Assembly (NCBI GenBank): GCA_964016885.1
Contig: OZ024742.1
Coordinates: 306,094,001-306,158,000 of the forward strand
Length of the DNA: 64,000 bases
Direction: 5' to 3'
DNA from: Eledone cirrhosa
Lineage: Eukaryota
The notes beneath the pieces were generated by a model. The model worked only from the letters and a program-made list of their open reading frames with translations. It had not been told where the DNA came from and searched no databases. Of this stretch, positions 1-11,176 are shown one piece after another (positions within the stretch are counted from its first letter, which is position 1; each line of letters opens with the position of its first letter). The position numbers and the translations under genes were made by a program.

Positions 1-541
1 TTTAGACTCTAGCGCTATTTTATCACTTCTTACTATCCAATTTTATATTTTTATATATATATTTTTTTATTATCTTCTAATCTCAATTGATACACCTATT
101 CTATAACGTCTCTTCTCTATTTCCCCAGAATCCTTTTTCGCCTGCTTCCTCTAGCCCATTTTCATACGCAATCCTTAGAATTTGATGTATAGAATTCACT
201 TCCAACGCTTGACCGGCTCAACCCACCCCCTCATTATTCTACAGGCAAGTTCAGGCGCCCCCACCTCCTATCCACTGCCATGATAGACTTAATTGTGTTT
301 ACAAGACATTTTGACCAATCCTCTTGAGTACTATAATCTTCCCATATAAGGAATTACCCCTTGAAAAGCTCGGCTATTTATTTACCACGCTAAAAATTCT
401 AATTTAGTCCAGAAATAGCCGTCGAAACGGCTTGAGCTCTGCAGTCAGGGTCAAACATTTTCCTATTTCCCACTCTACTGCCCTAAGTATTGAGTATTCT
501 GGTGTGTTATGGTCCATCTGGTTCCTTACCACACCTCCTTC

Positions 542-543
<2 letters not shown>
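1..543 (+). mobile_element. 3' end/pseudo-LTR of Penelope-like family A (continues off the window start), ending in (TA)n
   Basis: Aligns by eye to 35894-36132 (+), 45730-46095 (+) and the reverse complement of 33079-33400, the 3' end of the RT/EN-coding element at 33-36 kb; contains the HHR at 356-451. Confidence 0.85.
356..451 (+). ncRNA. Type I hammerhead ribozyme, U3-A8 core variant (family A), slightly decayed
   Basis: ACCCC-TTGAAAA-stem II CGGCTATTT/AAATAGCCG-GAAA-CGGC ttGAGCTCt GCAG-TC-AGGGT; one mismatch each in stems I and III relative to the 33090 copy. Confidence 0.75.
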
Positions 544-580
<37 letters not shown>

Positions 581-584
<4 letters not shown>

Positions 585-960
585 GTAGAACACTGGAAGG
601 TAATATCCGTAGTGGTAGAGCACTCAGTCCATGGGACGAGTTAGGTAGAAGTGGTTACACAACAGTTAGTTCACCATACCGAGAACAATTGTTTCACCTT
701 AGCGGATCCTAAGCTCGTAATGGACATGGTTATACGGAACAGGAAGGTCAACTGTACGAACGCGTATGCACAGAATTGATCACTTCACACAGGCAATACT
801 AAATTGCGTGCGAGTGGTGTAAGGGAGGTAACTGCGAAAGTCCGAAAGTTTCTGGTTGATAAGAAAATTAGAATGTAGTTGTAATTCAATCCGGAACTTT
901 GAAGTTATGTAAGAGGTGTTTCACCTTACGCACGCAATTCAGTATTGCCTGTGTGAAGTG
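581..960 (-). mobile_element. Unclassified (TA)n-flanked element fragment with internal inverted repeat
   Basis: Abuts (TA)n at 580; 32-bp inverted repeat 781-812/929-960; carries the CTGAGTGCTCT motif at 617-627 (-) shared with the HHR families. Confidence 0.45.
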
Positions 961-1183
961 AATATTTGATTCTTATAGAATTCTAGTAATAATCAGGAAC
1001 TGATTATACAGAGCGGTTGCCTGTCAAGCAGAAATTGAAAATTAGAATTGGTGCTCTGAAATAGCGATATATATATGAATGTATATATAGTGTATTTTGC
1101 AATACACTGTATGTTAATTAAAAAGCACTTCGAAGACCTTACGCTATTGTTTTAGAGTAGTGACAGTCTCACTTACTTTAAAT

Positions 1184-1274
1184 TTTCAGCAAACAGGGGA
1201 GATAAAGCTGACAGAGCTCTGTTTCGTACTTTTTGGTACTTATCAAAGCTAAGTACTTCACCTGTTTGCTGAAA
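1184..1274 (-). ncRNA. Type I hammerhead ribozyme, U3-A8 core, intact copy
   Basis: Minus strand: AGCT-TTGATAA-GTAC caaaaa GTAC-GAAA-CAGAGCTCTG-TC-AGCT, enclosed by the helix TTTCAGCAAACAGG/CCTGTTTGCTGAAA. Confidence 0.88.
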
Positions 1275-1442
1275 CTCATGAATGTTTGATTCTTATAGAA
1301 TTCTAGTAATAATCAGGAACTGATTATACAGAGCGGTTGCCGGTCAAGCAGAAATTGAAAATTAGAATTGGTGCTCTGAAATAGCGATATATATATAAAT
1401 GTATATATAGTGTATTTTGCAATAAGAATCAAACATTCATGA

Positions 1443-1533
1443 TTTTCAGCAAACAGGTGGAGTACTTAGCTTTAATAAGTACCAAAACGTACGAAACAGA
1501 ACTCTGTCAGCTTTATCGCCCTTGTTTGCTGAA
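1443..1533 (+). ncRNA. Hammerhead copy with G5>A core mutation (probably inactive)
   Basis: Same fold as 1184-1274 but the core reads TTAATAA and stem III reads CAGAACTCTG. Confidence 0.7.
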
Positions 1534-1762
1534 CATTTAAAGTAAGTGAGACTGTCACTACTCTAAAACAATAGAGTAGGGTCATCGAAATGCTTTTAAT
1601 TAAGCATACAGTGTATTGCAAAATACACTATATATACATTCATATATATATTGCTATTTCAGAGCACCAATTCTAATTTTCAATTTCTGCTTGACCGGCA
1701 ACCGCTCTGTATATTCAGTTGCTGATTATTACTAGAATTCTATAACAATCAAACATTCTTGA

Positions 1763-1855
1763 TTTTCAGCAAACAGGTGGAGTACTTAGCTTTGATAAGT
1801 ACGAAAAGGTACGAAAAAGAGCTATGTCAGCTTTATCTCCCCTGTTTGCTGAAAA
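1763..1855 (+). ncRNA. Hammerhead copy, core intact, stem III partly decayed
   Basis: AGCT-TTGATAA-GTAC gaaaag GTAC-GAAA-aagagctatg-TC-AGCT. Confidence 0.7.
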
Positions 1856-2022
1856 TTTAAAGTAAGTGAGACTGTCACTACTCTAAAACAATAGCGTAAG
1901 GTCTTCGAAATGCTTTTTAATTAACCATACAGTGTATTGCAAAATACACTATATATACATTCATATATATATATATATATACGATATTAAACAAATGGAA
2001 ATTACATTTATAAAACCATATT

Positions 2023-2088
2023 TATTTCATTATATATATTTCAGGGATATCATATTAAAAATATGGTATGCCCTCTTCAGATAAAATA
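2023..2088 (-). ncRNA. Type I hammerhead ribozyme, canonical core (family B)
   Basis: TATTTTAT-CTGAAGA-GGGcATacCATATT ttt AATATGatATcCCT-GAAA-TATATA-TA-ATGAAATA; minimal palindromic stem III typical of PLE HHRs. Confidence 0.8.
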
Positions 2089-3410
2089 CAATATATAGAC
2101 AGCTTTATAAATAAATTTAACATACCTTAGAGTTCACAACTTCCATTTAAAAAGTTGTTACGGTAGTGAAAATGTTAAGGACGGTTACAAAGAAAGACGG
2201 AGAGAAAAAAAGGAAAAAGAAAAAGAAGGAGAAAAGAAAAAGAAAGAGCGGAAGGTGAAGAAGATGAAGAAATGTATGTAAAGAGAAAATCACCAAATGA
2301 GAGATCTATGAGGGAAGGGGGTACTGTAATTATTCATTTGTTTATTTATTTATTTAGTGTTATTTATTTATTTACGGGGAGAAATAAAAACAAAATAAAG
2401 AGAGGTAGATCGAGTAATATCTATTATGCGGGGTGGGAGAGATAGGGGAGGGGTGATATACAGGAGATAGAGTTAAAACAGCCGATATAAGAGAAGGGAG
2501 GAGGAGAGGAGATATATATAGAAACAAAAATGATAGTTTTAAAATATTATGTTTCATCAGTCTATCAATTCCTATGAATTATAATGTAAACATCAATATT
2601 CATGAATGAGACACATATCAATAATGTGTGAAAAAAATAGTGACTATATGTTTAGTTTAAAAATTCATAGGTTTATAATCAAAATCTGAGATAAAACCTC
2701 AAAAAATACTGGAATACATAGGTATATATGTATTTTCATGAAAAAAGAGAAAAGAGAAAGAAACAGAGAAGGTTATCTCAAACTGACATTATAGACACAT
2801 GTGAGTTTACATGATCAGCTCTGTAAATTTTTATTTCACATGGAACTCTTCATTGCGTTAAAAAGATTTTACCATACACATAAGTGTACATACATATATA
2901 TATACATAACATATACATTATTAATAATAATAATATTCTTGCCCTTTCTTACATGATTATCGTACAAGCATAGAACAGAACAGATATCAATATATTAAAA
3001 TATTAAAAACGCCAAGAATATTTTCCTCCCCAGAATATCTAGAGCCGTAATAAAAACACAGTGTGCCCAGCATATCAATCAATCCCTCCAATTTATTTGA
3101 CAATACTGCCAAGTTTATTAGAAGCAATCAGAGTCAAAAGCAAACAAAATCAAAATTATTCACCAAACCTATTTAGCAGAAATCATTCAAAAAAACTTTA
3201 GGATGCTCGGTTGTTCTACAGATGCTCTTATATTTATTCTAGAAGTTTATCTAGCATAAAAATTTTATTCAATAGATTTGGATCATCACCGTTTTAAGGT
3301 AGTTTAATTACATTATTAATTATATATTCATGAAGAAGGTTTAAAGAATTGAAGGAATCGAAGGAAATCGCCAAGTTTTCTAAAATAATTAAAAGTCTTA
3401 AGTAAATTTA

Positions 3411-5623
3411 TTACATTTTAAACTTATATTTATATTTAAAAGTTGAGTTCAATCTATGTCTGCAGCAACTGAATAAATTGGTCCGTAAATTAAGGGAATT
3501 TTTAGATTTTAGTATAAAGAATATCTCCTCTGCGCAGAGGTCACATGTCTCAGAGGAGGAATTAAAAGGAATCCCTCTTGAGACTATATTCCAAACCGTC
3601 GAATATCCAACGTTATCATGTTTAAGTTGCCAGAGTAAGCCTGATAGTGATGTTGAAGATTTTTTGTTTGGATCTGTGAAAGAATTATTGTGATTATTAT
3701 AGCGAAGTTTAAATTCTGTCGAGGTGGAACCAACATAATTAAAAGAATTTAAGTCAGTTTTAACATTACAGTTGTATATTATATTTTTAACTAAGCAATT
3801 GTTATTTAACGGGCATTTAGATCTATCTCTACAGTTACAGTTGTTTACTTGAATATTGTTTATGCTATTATCGGTATTTTGGCTAGGTTTTAGATTTCTA
3901 TTATTTATTCTATTAATATTTTGTGCTAAATTTTTGGTGGACGAGTAGGTTAATTTTATAGTATGTCTATTGAAAATTGAGTGATACTTATGTGTTCTAG
4001 GGAATCGTTTGTCAAGAGCATTAAAAAATAGTTTAGCGATGTGGGTTTTAATGTTTAGTGAGAAGGGGGGGGGGGGGGGGGGGGGCAAACCAAATTATGT
4101 TTCTAGTTCTATTCCTTTTCTGGTTTTTGGAATTATTGTAATTCTTTCTATTATAGTTGTTAAAGTTGTTACCGTAATTAAAATTGTTGTTATTTTGGTT
4201 AGTTTGTCTATTATTATCGATGTACATAATTTTATCACTATATCCTGCTCTAGCTAACGCATCATTGTAATAGTGGGCTTTTTGGTCGAAAATATTTTTA
4301 TTAGATGAGATTCTAGAGATACGTTTTTGAACAGAGTTCACTATAGTATTTTTAACAGATCTGGGGTGGTTGGAGTTAAAGTTGACATAATTCAAGTTTT
4401 CTTTTAACTTGTGAAATGGATAGTGAAGACATGTGTTGAGATTTAATGTTACATCTAGGAAATTGACTATTCTATGGTTATTCTCAATTTCTATTTTTAG
4501 ATTAAGGTAATTAAAAAATTGTATAATTTGTTTTCTTTTTCTATTTAGTTCAGAGTTATTATTTTCAATAAGTAAAAGCATGTCATCCCGATATAATCCT
4601 CCGGTAGCACCGGGTATTTTCCTATGCAGCGAATTAATTATAAATAGGCCCACAAGGTCTGTTACCTGAGCTGAGTCAGACGATCCCATAGTAATGTCAA
4701 AATTGCTATCCCTATCTGCCCTAGTCCATAGTTGGTTATTAAATTCTATCAATGTTTTTCTTGCCGATAGTATAATGTGCATTTCATTGCTAGTTAGGTC
4801 TGTATGTTTGAATGCATAATTTAGTGCCTTATTTAGTAGATTAGGGGTAATAGATGAATAGTAGTTAGCAATATCTAGTTGAATAAATTTATTATTATTG
4901 TTATATTTAATTTTTTTAAACCACTCAATAACCTCTCCAGTTCCCTTCCACAAGCTAAAGTTATGTGAACAATTCAAGTTCTTAATTTGCTGTATCACCC
5001 TGTCTAGAATGTTTTTGCTAAGTTTACCCAGGTCAGATTTTGATGGTGCGATCAATCTGACTGGCAAGTCGTTTTCAAAATTTCTTTTGTGATCTTTCAT
5101 ATTGATCTTGGGTTTCCTGGGCAAGAAAGGTTGTGTTTTGTTCTCAATTTCCAACTCATGCATTATACAAGATGCCTCAACGTTCATTTTCTCAAGTTCA
5201 GCCTTATCTGCTACCTTGTACTTTTTCATTATACATGTCTTTATCCAGTCCATAGAGGTTGTTGGTTTCGTCCGATTTCACCAAGATCTTCTCTGTTCTC
5301 TCTAAGCTCACAATATTATCCTTAATGCTTTTCAGATATTCTTGGCCTTTGAAGTTTCTCTTGAATTTGATTCCTTGTATGATAGAGATTATATCGTTTT
5401 CAAAATCAATTAAAAGTTTGTTGGGGGGTGGATTTTTTTTAGATTTGAAAACTTTATCTAAGTCTAAGACATTTTCATTTGTGTTAGATTTATCAAAGTG
5501 GAATGCACGCCACCTGATTCTCCTTATAAAAGAGTCTGATTTATCTATTAATTGTTTAATAAAGTCTTTGTTTCTAGGTAGAGGTATGTCTTTTAGAGAA
5601 GAAGAGATCTTAAAGAATTCCAT
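3411..5623 (-). pseudogene. PLE polyprotein: reverse transcriptase plus C-terminal GIY-YIG endonuclease, two frameshifts
   Basis: RT motifs FIQLDIANYYSSI, ITMGSSDSAQVTDLVG, GLYRDD, VNFLDVTL; linker IIWFxPPF; CNCx5C; NIIY...YVGST...RYNNH; CDLCAEE...LN. Breaks near 5220 (apparent short deletion) and in a G21 run at 4065-4085. Confidence 0.95.
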
Positions 5624-7039
5624 TTTTTCAGTTATAATATAAAGCGCTCAACAGTATTGGAGCAAAAAATATGCAAAAGTTTTATTTAAAATGTTGGGTT
5701 ACAACGAGTAAATATTTTATAACTGATATAAAAGCACTCAACAAGTTTTGGAGTATTTTACGATATTAAACAAATGGAAATTACAATTATAAAACCATAT
5801 TTATTTCATTATATATATTTCAGGGATATCATATTAAAACGGTGATGATCCAAATCTATTGAATAAAATTTTTATGCTAGATAAACTTCTAGAATAAATA
5901 TAAGAGCATCTGTAGAACAACCGAGCATCCTAAAGTTTTTTTGAATGATTTCTGCTAAATAGGTTTGGTGAATAATTTTGGTTTTGTTTGCTTTTGACTC
6001 TGATTGCTTCTAATAAACTTGGCAGTATTGTCAAATAAATTGGAGGGATTGATTGATATGCTGGGCACACTGTGTTTTTATTACGGCCCTAGATATTCTG
6101 GGGAGGAAAATATTCTTGGCGTTTTTAATATTTTAATATATTGATATCTGTTCTATTCTATGTTTGTACGATAATCATGTAAGAAAGGGCAAGAATATTA
6201 TTATTATTAATAGTGTATATGTTATGTATATATATATGTATGTACACTTATGTGTATGGTAAAATCTTTTTAACGCAATGAAGAGTTCCATGTGAAATAA
6301 AAATTTACAGAGCTGATCATGTAAACTCACATGTGTCTATAATGTCAGTTTGAGATAACCTTCTCTGTTTCTTTCTCTTTTCTCTTTTTTCATGAAAATA
6401 CATATATACCTATGTATTCCAGTATTTTTTGAGGTTTTATCTCAGATTTTGATTATAAACCTATGAATTTTTAAACTAAACATATAGTCACTATTTTTTT
6501 CACACATTATTGATATGTGTCTCATTCATGAATATTGATGTTTACATTATAATTCATAGGAATTGATAGACTGATGAAACATAATATTTTAAAACTATCA
6601 TTTTTGTTTCTAAGTATATCTCCTCTCCTCCTCCCTTCTACTCTTATATCGGCTGTTTTAACTCTATCTCCTGTATATCACCCCTCCCCTATCTCTCCCA
6701 CCTCGTATAATAGATATTACTCGATCTACCTCTCTTTATTTTGTTTTTATTTCTCCCCGTATCCTTAACACTAAATAAATAAATAAACAAATGAATAATT
6801 ACAGTACCCCCTTCCCTCATAGATCTCTCATTTGGTGATTTTCTCTTTACATACATTTCTTCATCTTCTTCACCTTCCGCTCTTTCTTTTTCTTTTCTCC
6901 TTCTTTTTCTTTTTCCTTTTTTTCTCTCCGTCTTTCTTTGTAACCGTCCTTAACATTTTCACTACCGTAACAACTTTTTAAATGGAAGTTGTGAACTCTA
7001 AGGTATGTTAAATTTATTTATAAAGCTGTCTATATATTG

Positions 7040-7105
7040 TATTTTATCTGAAGAGGGCATACCATATTTTTAATATGATATCCCTGAAATATATATAATG
7101 AAATA
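7040..7105 (+). ncRNA. Type I hammerhead ribozyme (inverted copy, family B)
   Basis: CTGAAGA 7048-7054, GAAA 7086-7089, same fold as 2023-2088. Confidence 0.8.
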
Positions 7106-7260
7106 AATATGGTTTTATAAATGTAATTTCCATTTGTTTAATATCGTAAAATACTCCAAAACCTGTTGAGTGCTTTTATATCAGTTATAAAATATTTACT
7201 CGTTGTAACCCAACATTTTAAATAAAACTTTTGTATATATATATATATATTTATATATAT

Positions 7261-7570
7261 AAGAAAGTGAGGTTTTTGTTACAAATTGAAAAATAACCGT
7301 GGTGTCCTACACGAGTGAAAGTATAAAGAAAAAGAGATGAAATCGAAAATGCAACTGGAGTCTTCCTGGCATTTCGAGCCACTTTTTCCATATAAAAGAA
7401 GTAACATTCAAAGACCAACCAGATGTGAGAAAAACCACAGACCCTCCATCTCAACTCACCTTTTGAAAAGAAGAAGAACTGCGAAACCGGTAAAGGAACC
7501 AAATACATGTATATATTTTTAAAAAAAATAAGACTCCAGTTGCATTTTCGATTTCATCTCTTTTTCTTTA
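7261..7570. mobile_element. Short fold-back insertion of HHR family C
   Basis: 7322-7364 is inverted relative to 7531-7571; same family as 36159-36520; (TA)n on both sides. Confidence 0.8.
7459..7496 (+). ncRNA. Minimal type I hammerhead, U3-A8 core (family C)
   Basis: CCTT-TTGAAAA-GAAG aagaa CTGC-GAAA-CCGG-TA-AAGG; one stem II mismatch (GCAG in the other copies). Confidence 0.75.
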
Positions 7571-7581
7571 TATATATATAT

Positions 7582-7815
7582 ATATCAAAATGGAAATCCG
7601 AAGGCAAGGTAAAATTCCAATCATTTAATCACGACACATGTTTCAATAACAGATAGATCGATTTTCATTTTGATACTTATACTCGGTTTTACATCATCTA
7701 GCTGTTCCCTCGAATGGAATTGGAGATATACAAAAGCTTGGAGAACTTAATATTGCTAACAGAAAGTTATTGGACCATTTTACACAACCAATAATGCACC
7801 TTACTATATAACAAC
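7582..7815. mobile_element. Small fold-back fragment of the 37-41 kb PLE family terminus
   Basis: 7582-7660 matches 37097-37176; from about 7659 it switches strand and matches the reverse complement of about 37060-37112; (TA)n on both sides. Confidence 0.7.
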
Positions 7816-7845
7816 TATATATATATATTTATTTATTTACTTATA

Positions 7846-7877
<32 letters not shown>

Positions 7878-7905
7878 CATTTTATTTATTTATATATATG
7901 TATAT

Positions 7906-7996
<91 letters not shown>

Positions 7997-8121
7997 AGGG
8001 TAAACATTGATGCAATTCAATTCAAGCACTCAACGTACTTTTTCCACATAGGAGTGACGGAGTAAATATCGAATAAGGAAAAGCGAAGTAGTTTCAGATG
8101 TTCAAGTCCTTTAATAATAAT

Positions 8122-8195
8122 GCTGTGATATATATTTCAATGACGACACTGGCCACACTTTTCTGTGTGCGAGTGTCGTGACATCATCAGATAGC
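8122..8195 (-). ncRNA. Type I hammerhead ribozyme, canonical core, in a (TA)n-flanked element at about 7992-8318 (family D)
   Basis: GCTAT-CTGATGA-long stem II (ACGACACT..CACAC agaaaa GTGTG..AGTGTCGT)-GAAA-TATATA-TC-ACAGC. Confidence 0.78.
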
Positions 8196-8318
8196 TTGTT
8201 ACATAATAAGGTTGTTTCCGAGGCAATCCAAATTGAATCGACATGGGAACGGATGAAGTTCGTGCTTTTGGGTTTTTAATCCGTTCCCTTGTGAGTACCA
8301 ATTCACCCCCACCCTTCC

Positions 8319-8349
<31 letters not shown>

Positions 8350-8514
8350 ATTAGCGGAAATTAAATTATTTCCATTCGCTAGCATTTGAATTGACCCGCC
8401 AAAAACCGGGGGTTATTTCCCTTGCCGGAATTAACACGTGATAACTATAGATTCGATTAGCAGCCATACGAACGGCAACATATTTTATCACTCCTGGTTC
8501 TAAGCAGAACGAAA

Positions 8515-8642
8515 ACCTGTTGATAAACTGAGTCCTCTGTTCAGTCACCAATACCACGGTCTTGCCATTCAAGTAAGTCTGATATTTGATTTCGGATTCA
8601 GAGAAACACTTTAAACGTATGCCACGTTTGATTTGTCCAGGT
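8515..8642 (+). ncRNA. Type I hammerhead, U3-A8 core with large loop II, in a (TA)n-flanked element at about 8345-8857 (family E)
   Basis: ACCTG-TTGATAA-aCTGAGTCC...GGATTCAGa-GAAA-CA..TAAACGT atgcc ACGTTTG..TG-TC-CAGGT; A-A mismatch at the stem II closing position. Confidence 0.68.
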
Positions 8643-8855
8643 GTATTTTTCTCAACCTGATTAGTTCTATCGTTCCTTTGGTATATACATTGTGTGTTAG
8701 TTTCGCCTACCACAATGTTCGATTTGTCAAGCTATTTAAACGTATGTTATAACTCTGAGACCTATCTTATCGAGTGCTTTGCTAACTCATCATTTCATAT
8801 AAGTAGGCCGAATTTACTTGCAAACCGCCAGAGATTCGATTTTACTGATTTCCAA

Positions 8856-8912
<57 letters not shown>

Positions 8913-9476
8913 CACACATATGCGTATGTAGGTGCATACCCATAGATCCTCAGACATACGCTCACACGCAGGACCATATCGTGTCCATACAAACCAGAAA
9001 CTGTGAGAGTCAGTGTTTAGAGTAAATCTTTTCTGACCTTCAGCCAACAGAAAATCGGAAAGAGTAAACACCGAGTTACGACTTACACAATTTCCACTTT
9101 CCATATTTGAGTCACTATTGTCATTACAGTCGATATAACTAAGTGTGTTGTGTACCATGTTTGTGTCACACATGAAACCTCATATTATCGTTTTTCATGT
9201 TATTATATATATATGATAGAGAAAATATGTTTAAGAAGGGTAACACAATGCGAAATGGACAGTAAAATGAGGACAATAAAAACGTTTGGTACCTGGTATT
9301 TATTGCTCTCTTTTTTTTTTCCAACTAATATTTCGGGACTTAAAATCCCTTCTTCAGCAATACATACCGGTTCTATCGTTTTGAAATTTGATTAAAGTTT
9401 GCACACACACGCACATACACACGCATACACAGACACACACACATATATACACACACACACGCACACACAGACACGA

Positions 9477-9515
<39 letters not shown>

Positions 9516-9596
9516 TATATATAAAGATCCCGTCAAGGATGAAAGCAGCGATTATCTACTTAAACTTTCATCTGTTCTTATAATATATATATATAG

Positions 9597-10002
9597 CAAT
9601 ACATACCCTTTTCAAAGACCTCTCTCTATAGATAAGAAATGCATAATCTGTAAACTAAGTCCCCATATTAACTGTAAAACTAGAAATGTAGTATATAACA
9701 TAAGAGGTACTGAAGGACAATGTAAAGATAAGAATATAGTGTACATGGGTGAGACAGCTCGTAGTATAGTAGAACGGTTAAATGAACACTGGCGAAAACT
9801 TCAAGAAAAAAATGAATCATAAATACTCCACAAACATGCTAAAATAGAACATAAGGATAAATTAGAGAACATAGAATTAAAAATAGATTCTACACACAGA
9901 AAAGACGCAATGTTTAGACAAATCACAGAGACAATAAACATAAATGAACTCCAACCAAAATTAAATAGAAAACATGAATGGAATAGCAACATCACGACTT
10001 AA
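9597..10002 (+). pseudogene. C-terminal GIY-YIG endonuclease of a 5'-truncated PLE of a different type (Neptune/Nematis-like)
   Basis: KCIIC...NCKTRNVVYNI...YMGETARSIVERLNEH; reading through the stop at 9820 gives ILHKHAKIEH...RQITE...LNRKHEWN; 3' region runs to (TA)n at about 10402. Confidence 0.85.
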
Positions 10003-10209
10003 AATTAAGGACGAAATTAAAACACACATAGAACAAAAAACCAACCAGTAACATGTAAATAAACAAATAAATAAACAAACAAATAAAAACACACACAGAC
10101 ACCCGGATGTAACACATACGCAAACTAAACACACAACACACACAAAAACAAGATGGCGTAGGACAGAACAAAGGAGAGGTACAAAACAAAGAAAAGAAAA
10201 GAATCCCCA

Positions 10210-10252
10210 GTCACTAAAGAGGTCACAGAATGTGTGACCAAAGAACTTTGGC
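10210..10252 (+). ncRNA. Decayed hammerhead relic downstream of the GIY-YIG fragment
   Basis: GTCA-CTAAAGA-GGTCACA gaatg TGTGACC-aaagaactt-TGGC; stems I and II hold but G5 and G12 are lost. Confidence 0.45.
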
Positions 10253-10397
10253 AATATACGAACAACCGTCCGGTTATGGAACCAACCAACTGGACGTTTA
10301 TAAATTCTTAAATTTATAAATTTAATTTATAATAAATTGGAGTGAATGATATCTGGTGCGTGTGTTTCTTATTGGCAACATGACCCTCCCAAAGCAT

Positions 10398-10708
<311 letters not shown>

Positions 10709-10991
10709 AATTCTAACGTCTAAACTGTGTCAAAGTATACAGAGTTTATAATTGTTAACGTCTTCAATGCAGGTTTCTGATAGTGAAAAATAGAAGCCCC
10801 AGAAACAGTAAAAGTGACAGTCTTATGCGTGGGACTCAGACTAATATACATAAGTATATATATAGATATATATATTCATTAGTTAAGCAAAACAAGACCA
10901 CAAATTTCACAAGGAAGACATTATTAAAAGATTGTCAACATATTTTAGTTTGATGTAAGGAATGTAGAGAATAATAATAATATTAATAATA

Positions 10992-11176
10992 ATTGTTTCT
11001 ACTTTAGGCACAAGGCCAGCAATTACCAGTACATTACTGGTACTTTATTTTATCGACCCCGTAAGGATGAAAGGCAAAATTAACCTCGGCGGGATTTGAA
11101 CTCAGACTGTAAAGGGACGTAACTATGCTAGAAAGCATGGCGTCCAACCCTCTACCGATACTGCCAATTCACCGCC
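10992..11176 (-). mobile_element. tRNA-derived SINE (MetaSINE-like central domain)
   Basis: A-box TGGCAGTATCGG, B-box GAGTTCAAATCC, GCCTTTCATCCTTACGGGGTCGATAAAAT..GTACC; inserted in an (AAT)n tract. Confidence 0.85.

Larger units (their letters stand above)
959..1968. mobile_element. Non-coding 320-bp tandem HHR repeat (retrozyme-like), about 1.4 units on - joined to about 1.7 units on +
   Basis: Period 320 bp (gattttcagc at 1441 and 1761; tttgattcttatag near 965 and 1285); inversion junction at 1422-1424; one HHR per unit; no ORF; ends in (TA)n. Confidence 0.8.
1981..7233 (-). mobile_element. Near full-length Penelope-like element (family B) with partial direct 5' pLTR and a 1.4-kb inverted copy of its 3' end
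   Basis: RT-EN ORF 5623-3411; 5760-5839 directly repeats 1981-2060; 5834-7147 is the reverse complement of 1981-3297; 7148-7233 is the reverse complement of 5674-5759; (TA)n on both sides. Confidence 0.95.

Noticed and set aside
674-730. HHR-like GAAA-CAATTG-TT with a CTTAG/CTAAG hairpin on the minus strand
   Set aside because: Core reads ATTACGA and stem I is not adjacent; position fits a relic but it is too decayed to call
959-1968. CRISPR-like or DNA-transposon (TIR) interpretation of the repeats and inverted arms
   Set aside because: No unique spacers or cas genes; arms are unequal 3' ends of retroelement-type units with ribozymes, unlike the true TIRs at 13729/15458
2372-2557. Short hydrophobic ORF mirrored at 6574-6768
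   Set aside because: Pyrimidine-rich 3' UTR of the PLE duplicated by the inversion; no domain, and the copies differ by indels
9300-9363. CTGAAGA-aGGGAT tttaa GTCCC-GAAA on the minus strand
   Set aside because: Stem III and the cleavage triplet cannot be formed next to stem I; at most a relic
10992-11176. tRNA gene suggested by A and B boxes
   Set aside because: No cloverleaf; multi-copy family with central domain and TSDs, so a SINE
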